DNA from: Lama guanicoe
Taxonomy: Eukaryota
Assembly (NCBI GenBank): GCA_013239625.1
Contig: PNXV01000239.1
Location: 62,001-126,000 of the forward strand
Length of the DNA stretch: 64,000 bases
Reading direction: 5' to 3'
The notes below the pieces were generated by a model that had not been told where the DNA came from, did no database searches, and saw only the letters and a program-made list of their open reading frames with translations. The translations under genes and the position numbers were made by a program. The number at the start of each line of letters is the position of its first letter. Position 1 is the stretch's first letter. Shown here piece after piece: positions 1-12,866 of this stretch.

Positions 1-1404
1 TTGGATTCAAGCTACACACAACCTTTCCCACCTCCCGACTCCCACCCCCAACACCTTCAGGCTCCTGGGGAAATCAGACAGCTAACAAAGCGTTTACAAT
101 GCAAGATGATAGGGGCTGGTTGGGTGCATATGGGGGAAACTGGGGTACAGCACTCAGGGAAGGCTTCCTGTAGGAAGCGATGGCTATGCTAAGACCTGGA
201 GGGTGACTGAGAGGCAGAGGCTGGGGAATTTTCAAGCCCCATAGAGGGAACCGTGTGCACGGAGGCTTGGGGGATGGGGATGGGTTTGTGGAGACAGAGT
301 ACAAGAGGGGGCTTCAGGGGAAGGCAGGAGGTACGGAATCTCAACTTTAACTTATGGGCAATGAAGAGCCCTTGAAAGAGGGGAGTAGAAACAGAGGCAG
401 AGGCCTGATTTAATGCTTCCATTTTCGAAGAGGCCCTAGAGGACAGGAGCCCTCTGCCTTCGTGTGGGAGGAAAGCATTTGCCACCCGTGTGGTTGGCTC
501 TAACCATCGTGTTGATTAAGCTTGACTCTTAGGATGTAGTCATAGCGAAACTTTCTCCAAACTGTCATTTTAACCCTTCTGGTGGCTGGTGCTCTTTTTC
601 TCTTGCTCCTGGTTAAAAATTCGGGCAAGTCTAATGGCTTTGAGGTTCTCTGGTCAACAACTAATATATGTGGAGTCCATCGTAATATTCAAAACTTTAA
701 ACTACATTCCAAGGCACTGCACTGCTTCTCCCGCCCCCAGACCATCCTGAAGCAGCTGGCCACTTGCCCTGGGAGAGGGGTGTGAGTGGGCTGCTTCTCT
801 CTTTTACTAGCCTGAGTTTTTTCCCCGTTATCCCATTCCCAAGGTTTCCTGGACCCTCCAGAGTTGGAGTTTGGAGTGGTGGACAGGGCGGGAAAGACCT
901 TATTTGCCAGGAGCGGCATTGGGCTTGCTGGGCCTGGCAGAGGTTAAGTAGGCCCTTTAGGCTCTCATGGGGTCTTTTTGTGGGGTTTTCAAAGCCCCTC
1001 ATTACTGGGACTCTCTGTCCTGCGGTGCCCCTGACATGGGTGAAATACTTCCCCAGTTGGCCATTTGTGGCTCCTTTCCCAGGCACGTGGCAGTTCCCCA
1101 ACTCCTGGGCTCCCTGGTCCCCCCAGCTTGTCTTGGACACAGCTCTCCCTCAGCTGGGCCCACATCCGGTGCTCAGGAAACACTCCGACATCCTTCGCTC
1201 CTGTAAACTCAGGGACTGCTGTTGGTCCCACTGGAGCAGCTTCGCCTCTTCTGCTCCACCCGGGCTCCATTTAGAGGGAAGAAAGAGCTCAGCTCTGCCA
1301 CCCCACTGCCTGTGCTCACCTGGAAGGCCCTCCCCTCGCTGGGCCTCAGCAGCATTTGTGACAACTCCTTCCTGTCTGTAAGATGAGGAGCCTGGCCGCC
1401 TGGT

Positions 1405-1760
1405 CCTTCTCAGACCTGACTGCACTTTATAATCAAATGGGAGCTTTTAAAAACTGCAAGTAACCCAGCCCAGGCCAGCTGAAACCGCATCTCCCGGGCT
1501 GGAGCTGAGCATCAGGAGTTATTAGACTTCCCCAGGGGACTCTAATATGCAGCCAGGGTGGAAGACCTGTGGTCTAGATCAGAGCTACTCAGAGTGCGGG
1601 CTGGACCAGCAGGATCATGGGCATCACCAGGAAGCTTGTTAGAAATGCAAATTTTTAGGACCCACCCCAGCCCTAAGAATCAGATCCTGGGGTGGAGCCC
1701 AGAAACACGTGTTTTCACCAGCCCTCTCTGTGAAGCTGATGCTAGCCAAAGTTTGACAGG
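1405..1760. mobile_element. Two adjacent hAT-Charlie MER5-type DNA transposon relics
   Basis: MER5-like motifs (gcatcaccaggaagcttgttagaaatgcaaat; ctctaatatgcagccaggg) joined at a tctaga site. Confidence 0.7.
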
Positions 1761-3149
1761 CACAAGCTCACTTCTGGGGCCCCTCCCAGTCTGCGGCTCT
1801 GGTTTAGAGATGCTCGGCTGTTTATGACAACTCCATCCTGGGTTTGAAGAATCAGTGTTGTTTCTTCTGTGTCAGTATGTGGTTCATGCATATCATTTTC
1901 AGTAATGAAGGACCGGCCTATATGTTCCATTACTTATGTGATCACTAAGCCAGAACACTTGGATTCTTCGGTAGCAATTGACAAAGCGTGCTGGGGAAGA
2001 CTTTAGGAGTTCAGTTGTCTGAAAGCCCCATGGGAGTTGGAGCTGTGATGTGGCCACAGCCGCTGCATTGCCTGAGCCGAGGGGACTCCACCCCCGGGGT
2101 GTCTGGGCAAAGTGAGAGCCCAGGGAGGTCATGGGCCCAGACGTCCAGGGAGGGGGCCTGTCTGAGAAACTGCTTTGAGTACAGCAGAAAGGCTTTGAGT
2201 GCAAGATTTGGTCACTAGTTTAGTCTGTGGTGAAGATGATTTAAGCCAGATGAACACACATTCCAGTGTGAGACACTTTTTGCTCTAGGCTTTCCAGTTA
2301 TTCCACGAACAGCCTTGTGGCCCTACAGCGGAGTATCGTTTATCAACCAAATTAGAGGAGGTTAAGAGTGTAGAAGAGAGATTTATACCTTACACAGATC
2401 AAAAATTCAAGTCCAGGAACTAGATGGTTTTGAAAGAGTTGTTGTGGCAGTTGTGGGACAAAACTAGGATTGAATTCTCCATGACTCCAACCTTTTATAT
2501 AGCCAGGATTGGTTTTTACTGTCATTACTTTGTCTTATTATTTTTTAAATTTAGACTTTTTTTTAAATGGGCCCCTTAATTTTTTTTTCTGACACATACA
2601 AGATTTACCTAAATGTGTAAATGCGATCACACACTTTTTTTCATAGTCTTTTTATCTTTTTCTTCCTTCCCTGGCTTCCACCTCGTTTTCCCTCCACCTA
2701 CGATGTCACACCCTCCCCAGACACACATACACAAACTTCACCCCATATGGCTACATTTTAAAAGACATTAAAAGAAAAGAAGCCCATTAAAGGAAGTATT
2801 GACATGTGGTGACTTAATGCTTCCAAATTCAATGTTTTTATAGTATGTTACCATTTTTTCCTAAAGACCAATTATAAAATCTTGAATTGAGAAGCCCCAC
2901 TACTATAGTATTTATTCTGCCTCTCATATTTACTAGAACCAAATTGAAAGTTTGAGAGAGAGCAGTAACTCGGAGATGAGGTCTTCCCTTGTGGGGGCAG
3001 GTGTTTTTTTGAGGACAAAGAAAGCTCACTACAAGTATGACTTGATACTGTTGCAGACAGTAACATGGGACTGTCCCCTCAGACTTTCATCCAGACTCAG
3101 CTTCAGGAAAATGCTGAGAGAGCACCATCATCTGACTGATGGCAGGAAG

Positions 3150-3235
3150 GCAGGGCCACTGTGCTGAATGAACAACTCTAGGGGGCACCATTCACACTGT
3201 ATTCCCTCTGGAATGGCGTCCTTGAAAGTAGGCAG
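3150..3235. mobile_element. MER91-like palindromic hAT MITE relic
   Basis: caactctagggggcaccattcac...gaatggcgtccttgaaag is a degenerate palindrome like MER91A. Confidence 0.55.
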
Positions 3236-3322
3236 TTAGCTGGTCCTAGTAGAAGGGCAGTCTGGATCAGTCAAAATATCTGAAGCTTTTTGAAGAGATA
3301 AAGAAATGCTCTTTTCTCAAAA

Positions 3323-3529
3323 CAAGGTGTCAGCCAATTTTTCCTATAAAGAGTCAGATAGTAAATATGCTCAGCGTTACAGGCCATACAGCCTCTGTCA
3401 CAACCATGTAACTGCTGTTGTAGAACGAAAGCAGAGACAAATACATAAACGAATGGCTTTGACTGTGTTCCAATAAAGCTTTATTTACAAAGTCAAAAGT
3501 AGGTCATATCTGTAGTTTGCTGATCCCTG
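3323..3529. mobile_element. MER58A-type hAT-Charlie MITE
   Basis: TIR-like ends caaggtgtcagccaa / tttgctgatccctg; internal gttccaataaagctttattt motif. Confidence 0.8.
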
Positions 3530-3554
3530 CTCTAAACAACCATGGGAAGTGACA

Positions 3555-3760
3555 TTTAGTAATAATAGCTGACATTTGTTGAACAGTAATCATAAGCCAA
3601 GCTCTGGTAATCTAATGTGATTTGTGTGGTCATCTTCCCTATTTTGGAGATGAGGAAACTGGCTCAGAGGGGTTAGGAACCTTACCTAAGGTCACACAGC
3701 TAAGTCAGTAGGAATCAAACTCAGATCTGATTCCAGAAGCTGGTGCTTAATCATTCCTGA
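3555..3760 (-). mobile_element. MIR SINE, representative of many copies (others near 4480-4890, 6975-7200, 9230-9400, 22350-23250, 27610-27850, 38760-39000, 44650-45060, 47310-47510, 54230-54430, 55700-55940)
   Basis: MIR core gatgaggaaactggctcagagggg...aaggtcacacagc. Confidence 0.75.
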
Positions 3761-6700
3761 TGCCTTCACTCCCATCTCTCATTCAGTGAGACCAGAGCAC
3801 TAGTAACTTCCTAGCCCCAGAGAGAGAACTGAGTTTCACGGCTTTGTTGTGCACTGACACAATGGAGAAAAGTTCATGCAGCTCTTGAAGAGAAAGCTGA
3901 AAGATAAGGAGGGAACTCAGGAAAGCTGAGGTGAGACTAGAGAGATGACCTTGCCTAATTTGGGGATTCTCTGGTGCTCAGACTTTGTATGATCAGATCA
4001 GTGCTGTTTTTTAAATTTAAAATTTTAGATCTTTTTTAAAAGATTATTTCAAGTCACCTCTCCTTGACATTGCACTGTGTATATGCATGCAATATTTGTT
4101 TAGTTAGTCATTATTAGTCTTCCCCCTTTTATGCACGCTCCATGGCAGGATATTTATGTTTTGCCCACTGTTGCATCCCTAGTGCCTAGAACAGAACTTA
4201 ATTCAGAGGAGGCGCTCAATAAATTGTTCCTGTGATTAGTAAGTCAAATGTGATTCATAACTACGTAGCCTAAATTTGTTTAGTCACAAACACTGGCCAA
4301 GTGTCAGACTTTGGAAATTAGATGTGTCCTCTCTTCTCAGGCTCTTCCCACCTTGGATCCGTCTGTATGAAGTGTAGCCCTGAATCTAGTAGAGCTGAGG
4401 TGCAATGTCACACTTTGCCCCTAGACGTCACTGTCCTGCACATAAACAGAGAATCAGAAATTGGCAAAACCCAAGTAATGACAGCCAAACAGCTACCATT
4501 TGTTGAGCATCTTCTCTATGCTGGACATTGTACTAAATGCCTTCCATACATCATCTCATTTTACTATTATACCAGCTCTGCAGCTTAGGGCTCCCTGGCT
4601 CCACTTTTCGAGGAGGAGATAAGCCCAGCAAAGTTATACAGCGTGCTCAGGATCACATTTGACAAGAACTGGGATTAGAAGGAGCCCAAAACTGTGTTCT
4701 TTTTTTGCACCATGCTTAGAGCTTACATGAGCCTCCCCCAACTACCTTCCACTCCTTGCCATTGTACAAATCAGAAATGCAGAATGAGAGAGGAAGTGAT
4801 TTACCCAGGGTCACACACAGGTCACAAGGGATGGAAACAGGACTCCAATCCAGGTCCACATAATCCCAGATCCTGTCTTTCTAGCCACATGCTACCTCAG
4901 GCTTCAGACTTGAGCCTTAAAACTGGGAGGACTTGACTTTATCACACTTAAGTTTAAAGGCCAGCTGTGCCGTGGGTGCTTTCCCTATTCAGGCAGCAGG
5001 GGTCAAGGTGCTGCATCTACCTCCCCTGTAGGTGACTCACTGAGTGTGCCCACCTCATGTTTCTCAGCCCCTCCCTCTCAGTGTACCACTTCTCGTCCAG
5101 GAGAGACTGTGCAGTCCCAAAGGACCTGAGGTATTGTGTGCTGGAGTGTAAGGTGGTCCATATCCTATGTGCATGAGCCCTTGGGAAGAGGCCAGGAGAA
5201 GTGGCACTGCTGAGCAAGTTCAAGGTCACTGCCTCCTGGAAGTTATACTGTGGGAAGAGTAGTACCCTTTCCATCTCATGGGAAAGCCTTGGCAGAGGAG
5301 GGAGCTGGAGGTGCTGGCACTTGCTGGTGGGGGAAGTTTGGGGAGGGGAAGAGGACTCAGAGGCTGAGGCTGGCAACTCTGCCTACCTGGTATTCGTGGC
5401 ATCTGCATTCTCCTGTCCATTTGGTAGTCACTGCTCTGCATCGGGCCTCCTCCCTCCTCATCAGGACAGCAGCCCCAGCTTCTAACTGGCCTCCTACTTC
5501 AGGCTCCCACCTCAGGTCCACCCCTCAATGCTGCAGAGAGCTCCCCATCACTCTGATGCTTAAAGATGCTTAAACCTCCAGCAGCCCCACGGGAGGCCCC
5601 ATCACATGCACACAGGCTCTCCTGCTCCAGCTCACCCTGTCTCCAGCCACATCCCCATCCCGCCCCACACTCATGCAGCCATACAGAACCTCTCACAGAA
5701 AGGAAATGTTGTTTTAGACAAAAGAACCAGCAGCTACAAAGGCCTGGGAAGGAATAGGAACCTGCAGCAGGTGGGGCCTTATGGGAAGCAGAACCTGAGC
5801 CCTAGGCAGGAGGCAGTGACCTTGAACTTGCTCAACAGCACCTCTTTCCCTTGTCCTTTTTCTGGGAACTCATTCATTAATTCCCCAGGAAGATCAGAGA
5901 GCCAGCCCCTGCACAAGGCCACCAGGGCACAGAGGAGAGACTGGCTGGTCCCTGCCTCTGTTCTGACAGGAGCACAGTTGTAGCCCACGCCCTGTGCAGG
6001 GCTACAAATTCACAGAGGAGCAGCTGCTCAGGCTCAACCTTGAAATAAGGGTAGGAGGGCACCGGCAGAAAGCTGGGGAAAGACCTTCCATGGGCAAATG
6101 CCTGGGCCTCCAACAGCCCTGGGTGAGCATCAACCAGGGAGCCCCTTCTAGCCGTCCTCCGAGTCCTAAGCTCCTCAGCATTTCTTCCTTTTGGTCCAAT
6201 ATCTCGAGGCTTTCAGGGAGCCGCCTGGTTCCCCAGAGGACTAGGGTTAAGCCAGGCCTCTGCAAACCATCAGCCGTTCACTGAATGCTTCTGAAAAATC
6301 TCAGAGGGGTCTTTGCCACCACCCCAGCCCCAGGTAAAGTGGTTTTGGTGGATTTGATCTCTTTGGTAGTAACTCAGCAATACTTTCTTGTTCTTTTCAC
6401 AATTTGGCCACAGAGAAACCTCTTGCGTTTCTATTTCGCCTTTAAAAATGGCTTCAATCATTAAAAGCCAGACCTGGTGATATTTCTTAAGCGTTTGTTT
6501 CAGTTTTGTTTATTTTTCTATATAGTCTTTTCCAGAACTACTTCATCACATTAGCTTTTATTTGGCGTTGGGGCAGGGGGCAGGGAAGGACACATAAACG
6601 TGCAGTGAGTGAAATACAGGTTAGCTTTGCCGCTGACAGCATTTGTCCTCAGGCCAATCCCTATCAAATGGACATAAAGTAGGGTGGGAATTTCACGGTA

Positions 6701-7643
6701 TAATAAAAATATCTCAGGCTGCAAAGGCGGGTAGAAGCTATATTTCTTCTTTATATATTCCTTCATCTCAATTCAATCCATCAAACTTAAGTACCAACTG
6801 TATGCCAGGTCCTGCTGGGTACTGAGGGTAAACAAATAAATAAAACAGGCTTCCCTTCTGTCAGGGGTTCCCCAGTTTACTGAGGAGGGCAGGCGGGTAT
6901 ACAACTTAATAAAGCATCTGGTCCCTGAGACATCTGGTAGGTGCTGTAAATGTTTGAGGGTGTGGATTCTGGAGAGAGGAGGAGTTTGGTTCCAATCTGG
7001 GCTTCACTTTTTAGTAGCTATATTCCACTGAGCAAGTTACTTAGCCCCCAGCACCAGCCTCAGTTTCTTCGTCCAAAAAATGGGAATAATAGTGTCTGCC
7101 TTTATGTGAGAAGATGTATGTAAAACAATAAACCTATAAAAAAAATTTTTTAAGAAATCAACCTAGAGGCGGGTGCAGTGTATGTGTTCATTAAATGTTA
7201 ACATTTATATTTATTTTTCTTCTTGTAGTTACTACTATTACTCTCCATAATAATAAGTATTGAACGTATTAAGTATAATTATGTGAACAAAGTGCTATGG
7301 GAATAATTAGTTCTGCTGTGGGAGTTAGGGGGCTTCATGGAGAGGTGACAATGCATCTGGGTCTTTAAAGATTATTAGCAGTTTGCTGAACAGAAAGAAT
7401 AGAGTGTTTCAGACAAGAGAACCAGCACCCACAAAGGCCTGGAGTGAAAATCTCAGCAGAGTCCGAGACCGGGAGTCAGCAGACTTAACTAAGTATATGT
7501 GTGTGTTTGGGATGTGGACAAGCCAAGCTCATGAAAGGCCTTGAATGCCAGGCAAAGAAGCTTGGCTGGATTTATTCTATGGGCGATGGGGAATCTGGGG
7601 GAAGTTTGAAACTGGGGGTGCCACCATTCAGTCACTCACCTGA

Positions 7644-8030
<387 letters not shown>

Positions 8031-11000
8031 TGAGACACGTTATTTCAGGAAGGCCAAATATAACGTCTTTACTCCTGGGGAAACAATGGCAAAAATTTGT
8101 CTAGGTGTATTAATATATGCAGAATTAAGGGGAAATGTTGAGCTGTTTAAACCAGTATGTAAAAGCCCAATTTATAAAAAGATCCGTTAGTCTAGAAATT
8201 ACGTTGCATTTTTAATCCCGCCTTTAAAGTCAATTCCCTAGGGAGTGTTACTAGGGAATAAACACTCTGATAGCTCCTTCTAGTTACCAGAGGATCTTCA
8301 AAGTGATGTGTTGTCAAAAAGAAGAACCTTACATAAAAGTACTGTTAAATACATATTTTAGTAGTCTTGTGCTCGGCTTTGCCATTAACGCATACTGGTC
8401 TTCCTTGGATGCTCCAGATTAGGGAAATTCAAGATCAGGGAAGTTGTAGTTATGTTGACTTTTTCTTAGAAGAGTTAAACATACCTTTGTCGGGGAGAGA
8501 GCAGGCTGAACGGTGGTGGCTGTACTGTATGATTTCCCTGCAGGGTGGCAAATTCTATTGAGAAAGCTGGAATTTTCTCCAGTTCTCTCACTGCGTTATT
8601 AAGGAAATCTTTCTGTGGAATTTAAGGTGAGTTCTTAAACTAAACTGGAGACAGTCGTTTTATGCATTGAGGACAGAGGTTTTTATCCTTCTGGACAAGA
8701 TTTTCTAGCAAATAAGATGCCTGGCCTCATTTGTCTGGCAAACAGGCAGAGGGTTTGCTCGGCCCAATAAGAAGTCAGGCAATCAGAGCAGCGGCAGAGA
8801 ACGCGTTTTCTGACAGCGTGGATTTAGGAGAGGGATTTAGGGCTGTGCGCCTCCATCTCACTGCCTTAAGTGTCCATCCTGGGGGGAAGCAGGAATCCAG
8901 ACAGGCTCAACCAGATCTGGCAGAGGACAGACCCAACACTGGCTCTGCACATGGGCCAAAGGGGCAGGAACTCAGCTGAGGTCACTTGAGCAGACAGGCT
9001 GTTCCTAGAGGGGAGGTGACATCTGGTCATCACTCATCTGCACAGTTGGAAAAGGGGCAGACCTGCCCCCGACTCCATCCTAGGGGTTCACCACCCACAG
9101 GATTTGGAAATCCAGACCGGATGTCAGCAGGAGGAAGAGCCGCCATTGGCTAACTGGACCTCCAGGCTAGGGAGAGCCTGGGGTGATGATGATCAAAAGC
9201 AGTAATGCTAATGACAACAATAATAATGATGCTGCTGGTGACTAGATTTGTGTGTTAATTCACTGAATCCTCACAGTTAACTCTGTAGAATAGGTACTAT
9301 CCTGAACTCCATTTTAATGATGCAGAAACAGTAACCCAGAGAGATTATTATATAAGGTACCCAAGGTTACCTAGCAGGTTAATGACAATACCACCAACTG
9401 TTGTCTCACTCACTCTCCTCCCTTGTCTTTCGATACACGACAGTACTTTGTAGTTTTTAGGTGTTTTTGAAGACCTTTGGTCACTGGTCTACGAAATGGG
9501 TAGGGCAGGAAAGTGTTCTCACTTTCTGCAGATGAAGCCTAAAATTAGGTGTTGGGCAGACTGAGGGCCCAAGGATATCAGGGAAAGAGAAAGGGAGTCG
9601 GGCAGACCCCGTGACAGAGACCAGACCCAGCTGGCTTGATGCCGAGCCCAAGGGTTGCTGGAGGTGGGGCGCTGCCATCTCTGCTCAAGGTTAAGATAGG
9701 GGCCGGGCATGCACTGGGGTCCCTAGGATCTGACTGTGTTGGGGAGAGGCTGCAGAGCTGGAGTTGGCCTGAGTCAGCTGACTCTGGACATAGATCCAGG
9801 AAGCCTGTGCCCCTGGAGCATTTGAAGGAGATGAAGCTTGTGCAGGCCAATTAATGTAAGTGGCTCTCACCCATCTTACCTTTCTTCCTTACTTTCTGTA
9901 GTAAGTACTGCTGCTCTCCATAGCTCTGTGCATAGAACTCTGGTCCATTCCAGACCTTCTAGGAGATGGTTCTCAAACTGAAGAGCCATGGGGTGCCATG
10001 GAAATGCTTCTCTGTGTAGATGAGGAAACTGAGGCTGGGGAGGGAGAAGGTCCTGCCCGGGGGCATCTGAAGGTGGGGGCTGGAGGACAGCCACCTCCCT
10101 GTCTTGAGGCCCAGACACCTTGTCTCTGTGTTTCCCTCCAAGTATCTGCTAAGATTTCTCTCTGAACCTTTTCTGGCCTGATCCTCTAATTTTAGGGTTG
10201 CCCTGTCATTCTGTTGCCATGGTAGCAGAACCTTTGATATGTCGACCCACAGCCGTGTCGGTTTATTGTCATTTTTCCACCAAACAGCGCCAAGCTGTCA
10301 GTTGATTTCCCTCACACCCGCCTCTGTCAGATGCAGCATGATGGTTGAGTGTCCCCAGAGGCTGAGGGGTCCTAAATTTTCTACGAAGGGCTGTTTTTCC
10401 ACAACCCCCAGTGAGAGAGAAAGTTTACGCTTGGGGGAGAAGTGATCAAAGATCTCCCTAGCCTGTCCCCTCCTCCTCTTGGACCACACCTATCCCAGAA
10501 GCCTTTGGTCACTCTGGACACTGACGCCTCAGGATTCTAGTCACAGACCTTGCTCTGTGTTGCACTTTCAAGCCTTTGCCTGTGCTGGCCCCCCTTCCAG
10601 AACCTTCTCTGACAAGTGAGTGAACTTCAGTTGCAGGCTCCTGTGTCATCTGCTGTGTTCCTGAGCTCAACCAGATTTAAGCGCCTCCTCTTCCCATTTC
10701 CGTCCCCATCTTGGCCTTGCCCGTCAGGACACGTAGCACACTGATCATCTCTGCTGAGTGCATCTCTGCCCCGTCCCACCCCTGCTGGGCTGCTTGCTTC
10801 TCCAGGACAGGACCCCGCAGATCAGTCTCCCCCATCACCCAGCCCAGCACCTCCACATGCATCTTCCCCTGGGGAGACAGAGGTGAGCACAGCAGTGTGA
10901 CCTTTGGTCTCAAAGTGACCACAGGCTAGTGTGGGGCAGAGAGTAAACATGCAAATAAGCACAATTCCTTTAGATCGCATGGATTCTGATAGCACTTGGA

Positions 11001-11936
11001 AGTAAATAAACAAGATAAAGGGTTCAGGAATAACAGAAAGGACCAGTGGAAGAGCGTCTCCATTCCAGAATGGAACAGAAAGTACTTTAACAGAAAGTAC
11101 AGAGAGTTTCCATATATGTCCCACCCCACACCCCATAGTTCTCCCTATTATTAACATCTTGCATTGTGTGGTGTACTTGTTATAGCTGATGAACCAGTAC
11201 TAATACATTATTATTCACTAAAGTACATAATTTACTCTAGGGTTCACTCTTTGCGCTGTACATTCTATAGATGTTGCCAAATGCATAGTCATGTATCCAC
11301 TATTACAGTGTCGTACAGATCAGGCTCACTGCCTGAAATATCCTCTATGCATCACCAACCCCTCGCAACCACTGACCTTTCTACTGTCTATGGCTTTGCC
11401 TTTTCCAGAATGGCATACAGTTGGACTCATACACTATGTAGCTTTTTCAGACTGGCTTCTTTTACTTAACAATGTACATTTAAGTTTCCTCCATGTCTTT
11501 TCATGACTTGATAGATCATTTCTTCTTACTACTGAATAATATTCTATTGTACAGATGTACCACAGTTTGTTTATCTATTTGCCCATTGAAGGACATATTG
11601 GTTGCTTCCAAGAGTGGACAATTATTAACAAAGCTGCTATAAGCATTTTTTAGGTAGGTTTTTGTGTGGACATAAGTTTTCAAGTAATTTGGGTAAGTAC
11701 CTAGAAGCAGGATCATTAGATCATATGCTAAGAGTATGTTTAATTTTGCCAACTGTCTTGCAAAGTGGCTGTACCATTTTGCGTTCCCATCAGCAGAGAA
11801 TAAGAGTTCCTGTTGCTCCATACTTGTCAGCATTTGGTATTGTCAGTATTTTGGATTTTAGCCATTCTAGTAGTTGTATAGTGGTATCACATTGTTGTTT
11901 TAATGTACAATTCCCTAATGACATATGATGTAGAGC

Positions 11937-12664
11937 CCTTCTCAGACTCTTCCAGAAGATTGAAAAGGAGACAATACTCCCAAACTCATTCTCTAAAGCC
12001 ACCATCACCCTGATACCAAAACCAGGCAAAGACACCACCAAAAAATAGAATTACAGACCGATATCACTGATGAACATAGACGCAAAAATCCTTACCAAAA
12101 TATTAGCAAATTGAATCCAACAGCACATAAAAAAGATTATACATCATGATCAAGTGGGGTTCATCCCAGGGACACAAGGGTGGTTCAACATACGCAAATC
12201 AGTCAATATAATACATCACATCCACAAGACAAAGGACAAAAACCACATGATCGTCTCAATAGATGCAGAAAAAACATTTGATAAAATTCAACACCCATTA
12301 ATGATAAAAACTCTCACCAAAGTAGGTATAAAGGGAACATATTTCAACATAATGAAAGCTATATATGACAAACCTACAGCAGCATAGTACTGAACAGTGA
12401 AAAACTCAAAAGCTTCCCACTAAAGTCTGGGACAAGACAAGGCTGCCCACTATCACCACTCCTATTCAACATAGACTTGGAAGTCCTAGCCACAGCAATC
12501 AGGCAAGAGAGAGAAATAAAAGGGATCCAAATTGGAAAAGAAGAGGTAAAGAAGAGGTCACTATATGCAGGTAACATAATACTATATATAGAAAACCCTA
12601 AAAGGTCCACATAAAAGCTACTGGAAATAATCGAAGAATTCAGCAAGGTAGCAGGTTACAAGAT
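11937..12664 (+). mobile_element. Internal fragment of a younger L1 ORF2 (reverse transcriptase domain), flanked by 18-bp direct repeats
   Basis: Translates as NYRPISLMNIDAKIL...[18 protein letters not shown]...[15 protein letters not shown]...[14 protein letters not shown], with stops and frameshifts. tgacatatgatgtagagc occurs at 11919-11936 and 12665-12682. Confidence 0.92.
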
Positions 12665-12720
12665 TGACATATGATGTAGAGCATCTTTTCATATGCTTAT
12701 TTACCACCTGTATTTCTTCT

Positions 12721-12866
12721 TTTTTTAATTTTTAATTTTTTAATTTTTTGGGGGGGTGGTAATTAGGTTTACTTAATTATTTATTTTTGGAGGAGGTACT
12801 GGAGACTGAACCCAGGATCTTGTATATGCTAAGCATGCACTCTATCACTTGAGCTATACACTCCCC
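12721..12866 (-). mobile_element. tRNA-Ala-derived camelid SINE (Vic-1-like)
   Basis: Reverse complement gives a tRNA-Ala(AGC)-like head, a cctaattacc..cc body and an A-rich tail. TSD cctgtattt(c/a)ttct at 12707-12720 and 12867-12880. Confidence 0.8.

Noticed and set aside
764..1381. 205-aa ORF (longest in the track) and overlapping minus-strand ORFs, including a faint TNGQL resemblance to retroviral integrase
   Set aside because: No ATG start, W/P/S-rich composition typical of non-coding GC-rich DNA, and no other integrase or domain motifs.
12154..12387. Active or domesticated reverse transcriptase
   Set aside because: In-frame stops and frameshifts, the catalytic F/YADD motif is degraded to YAGN, and the fragment is only 728 bp.
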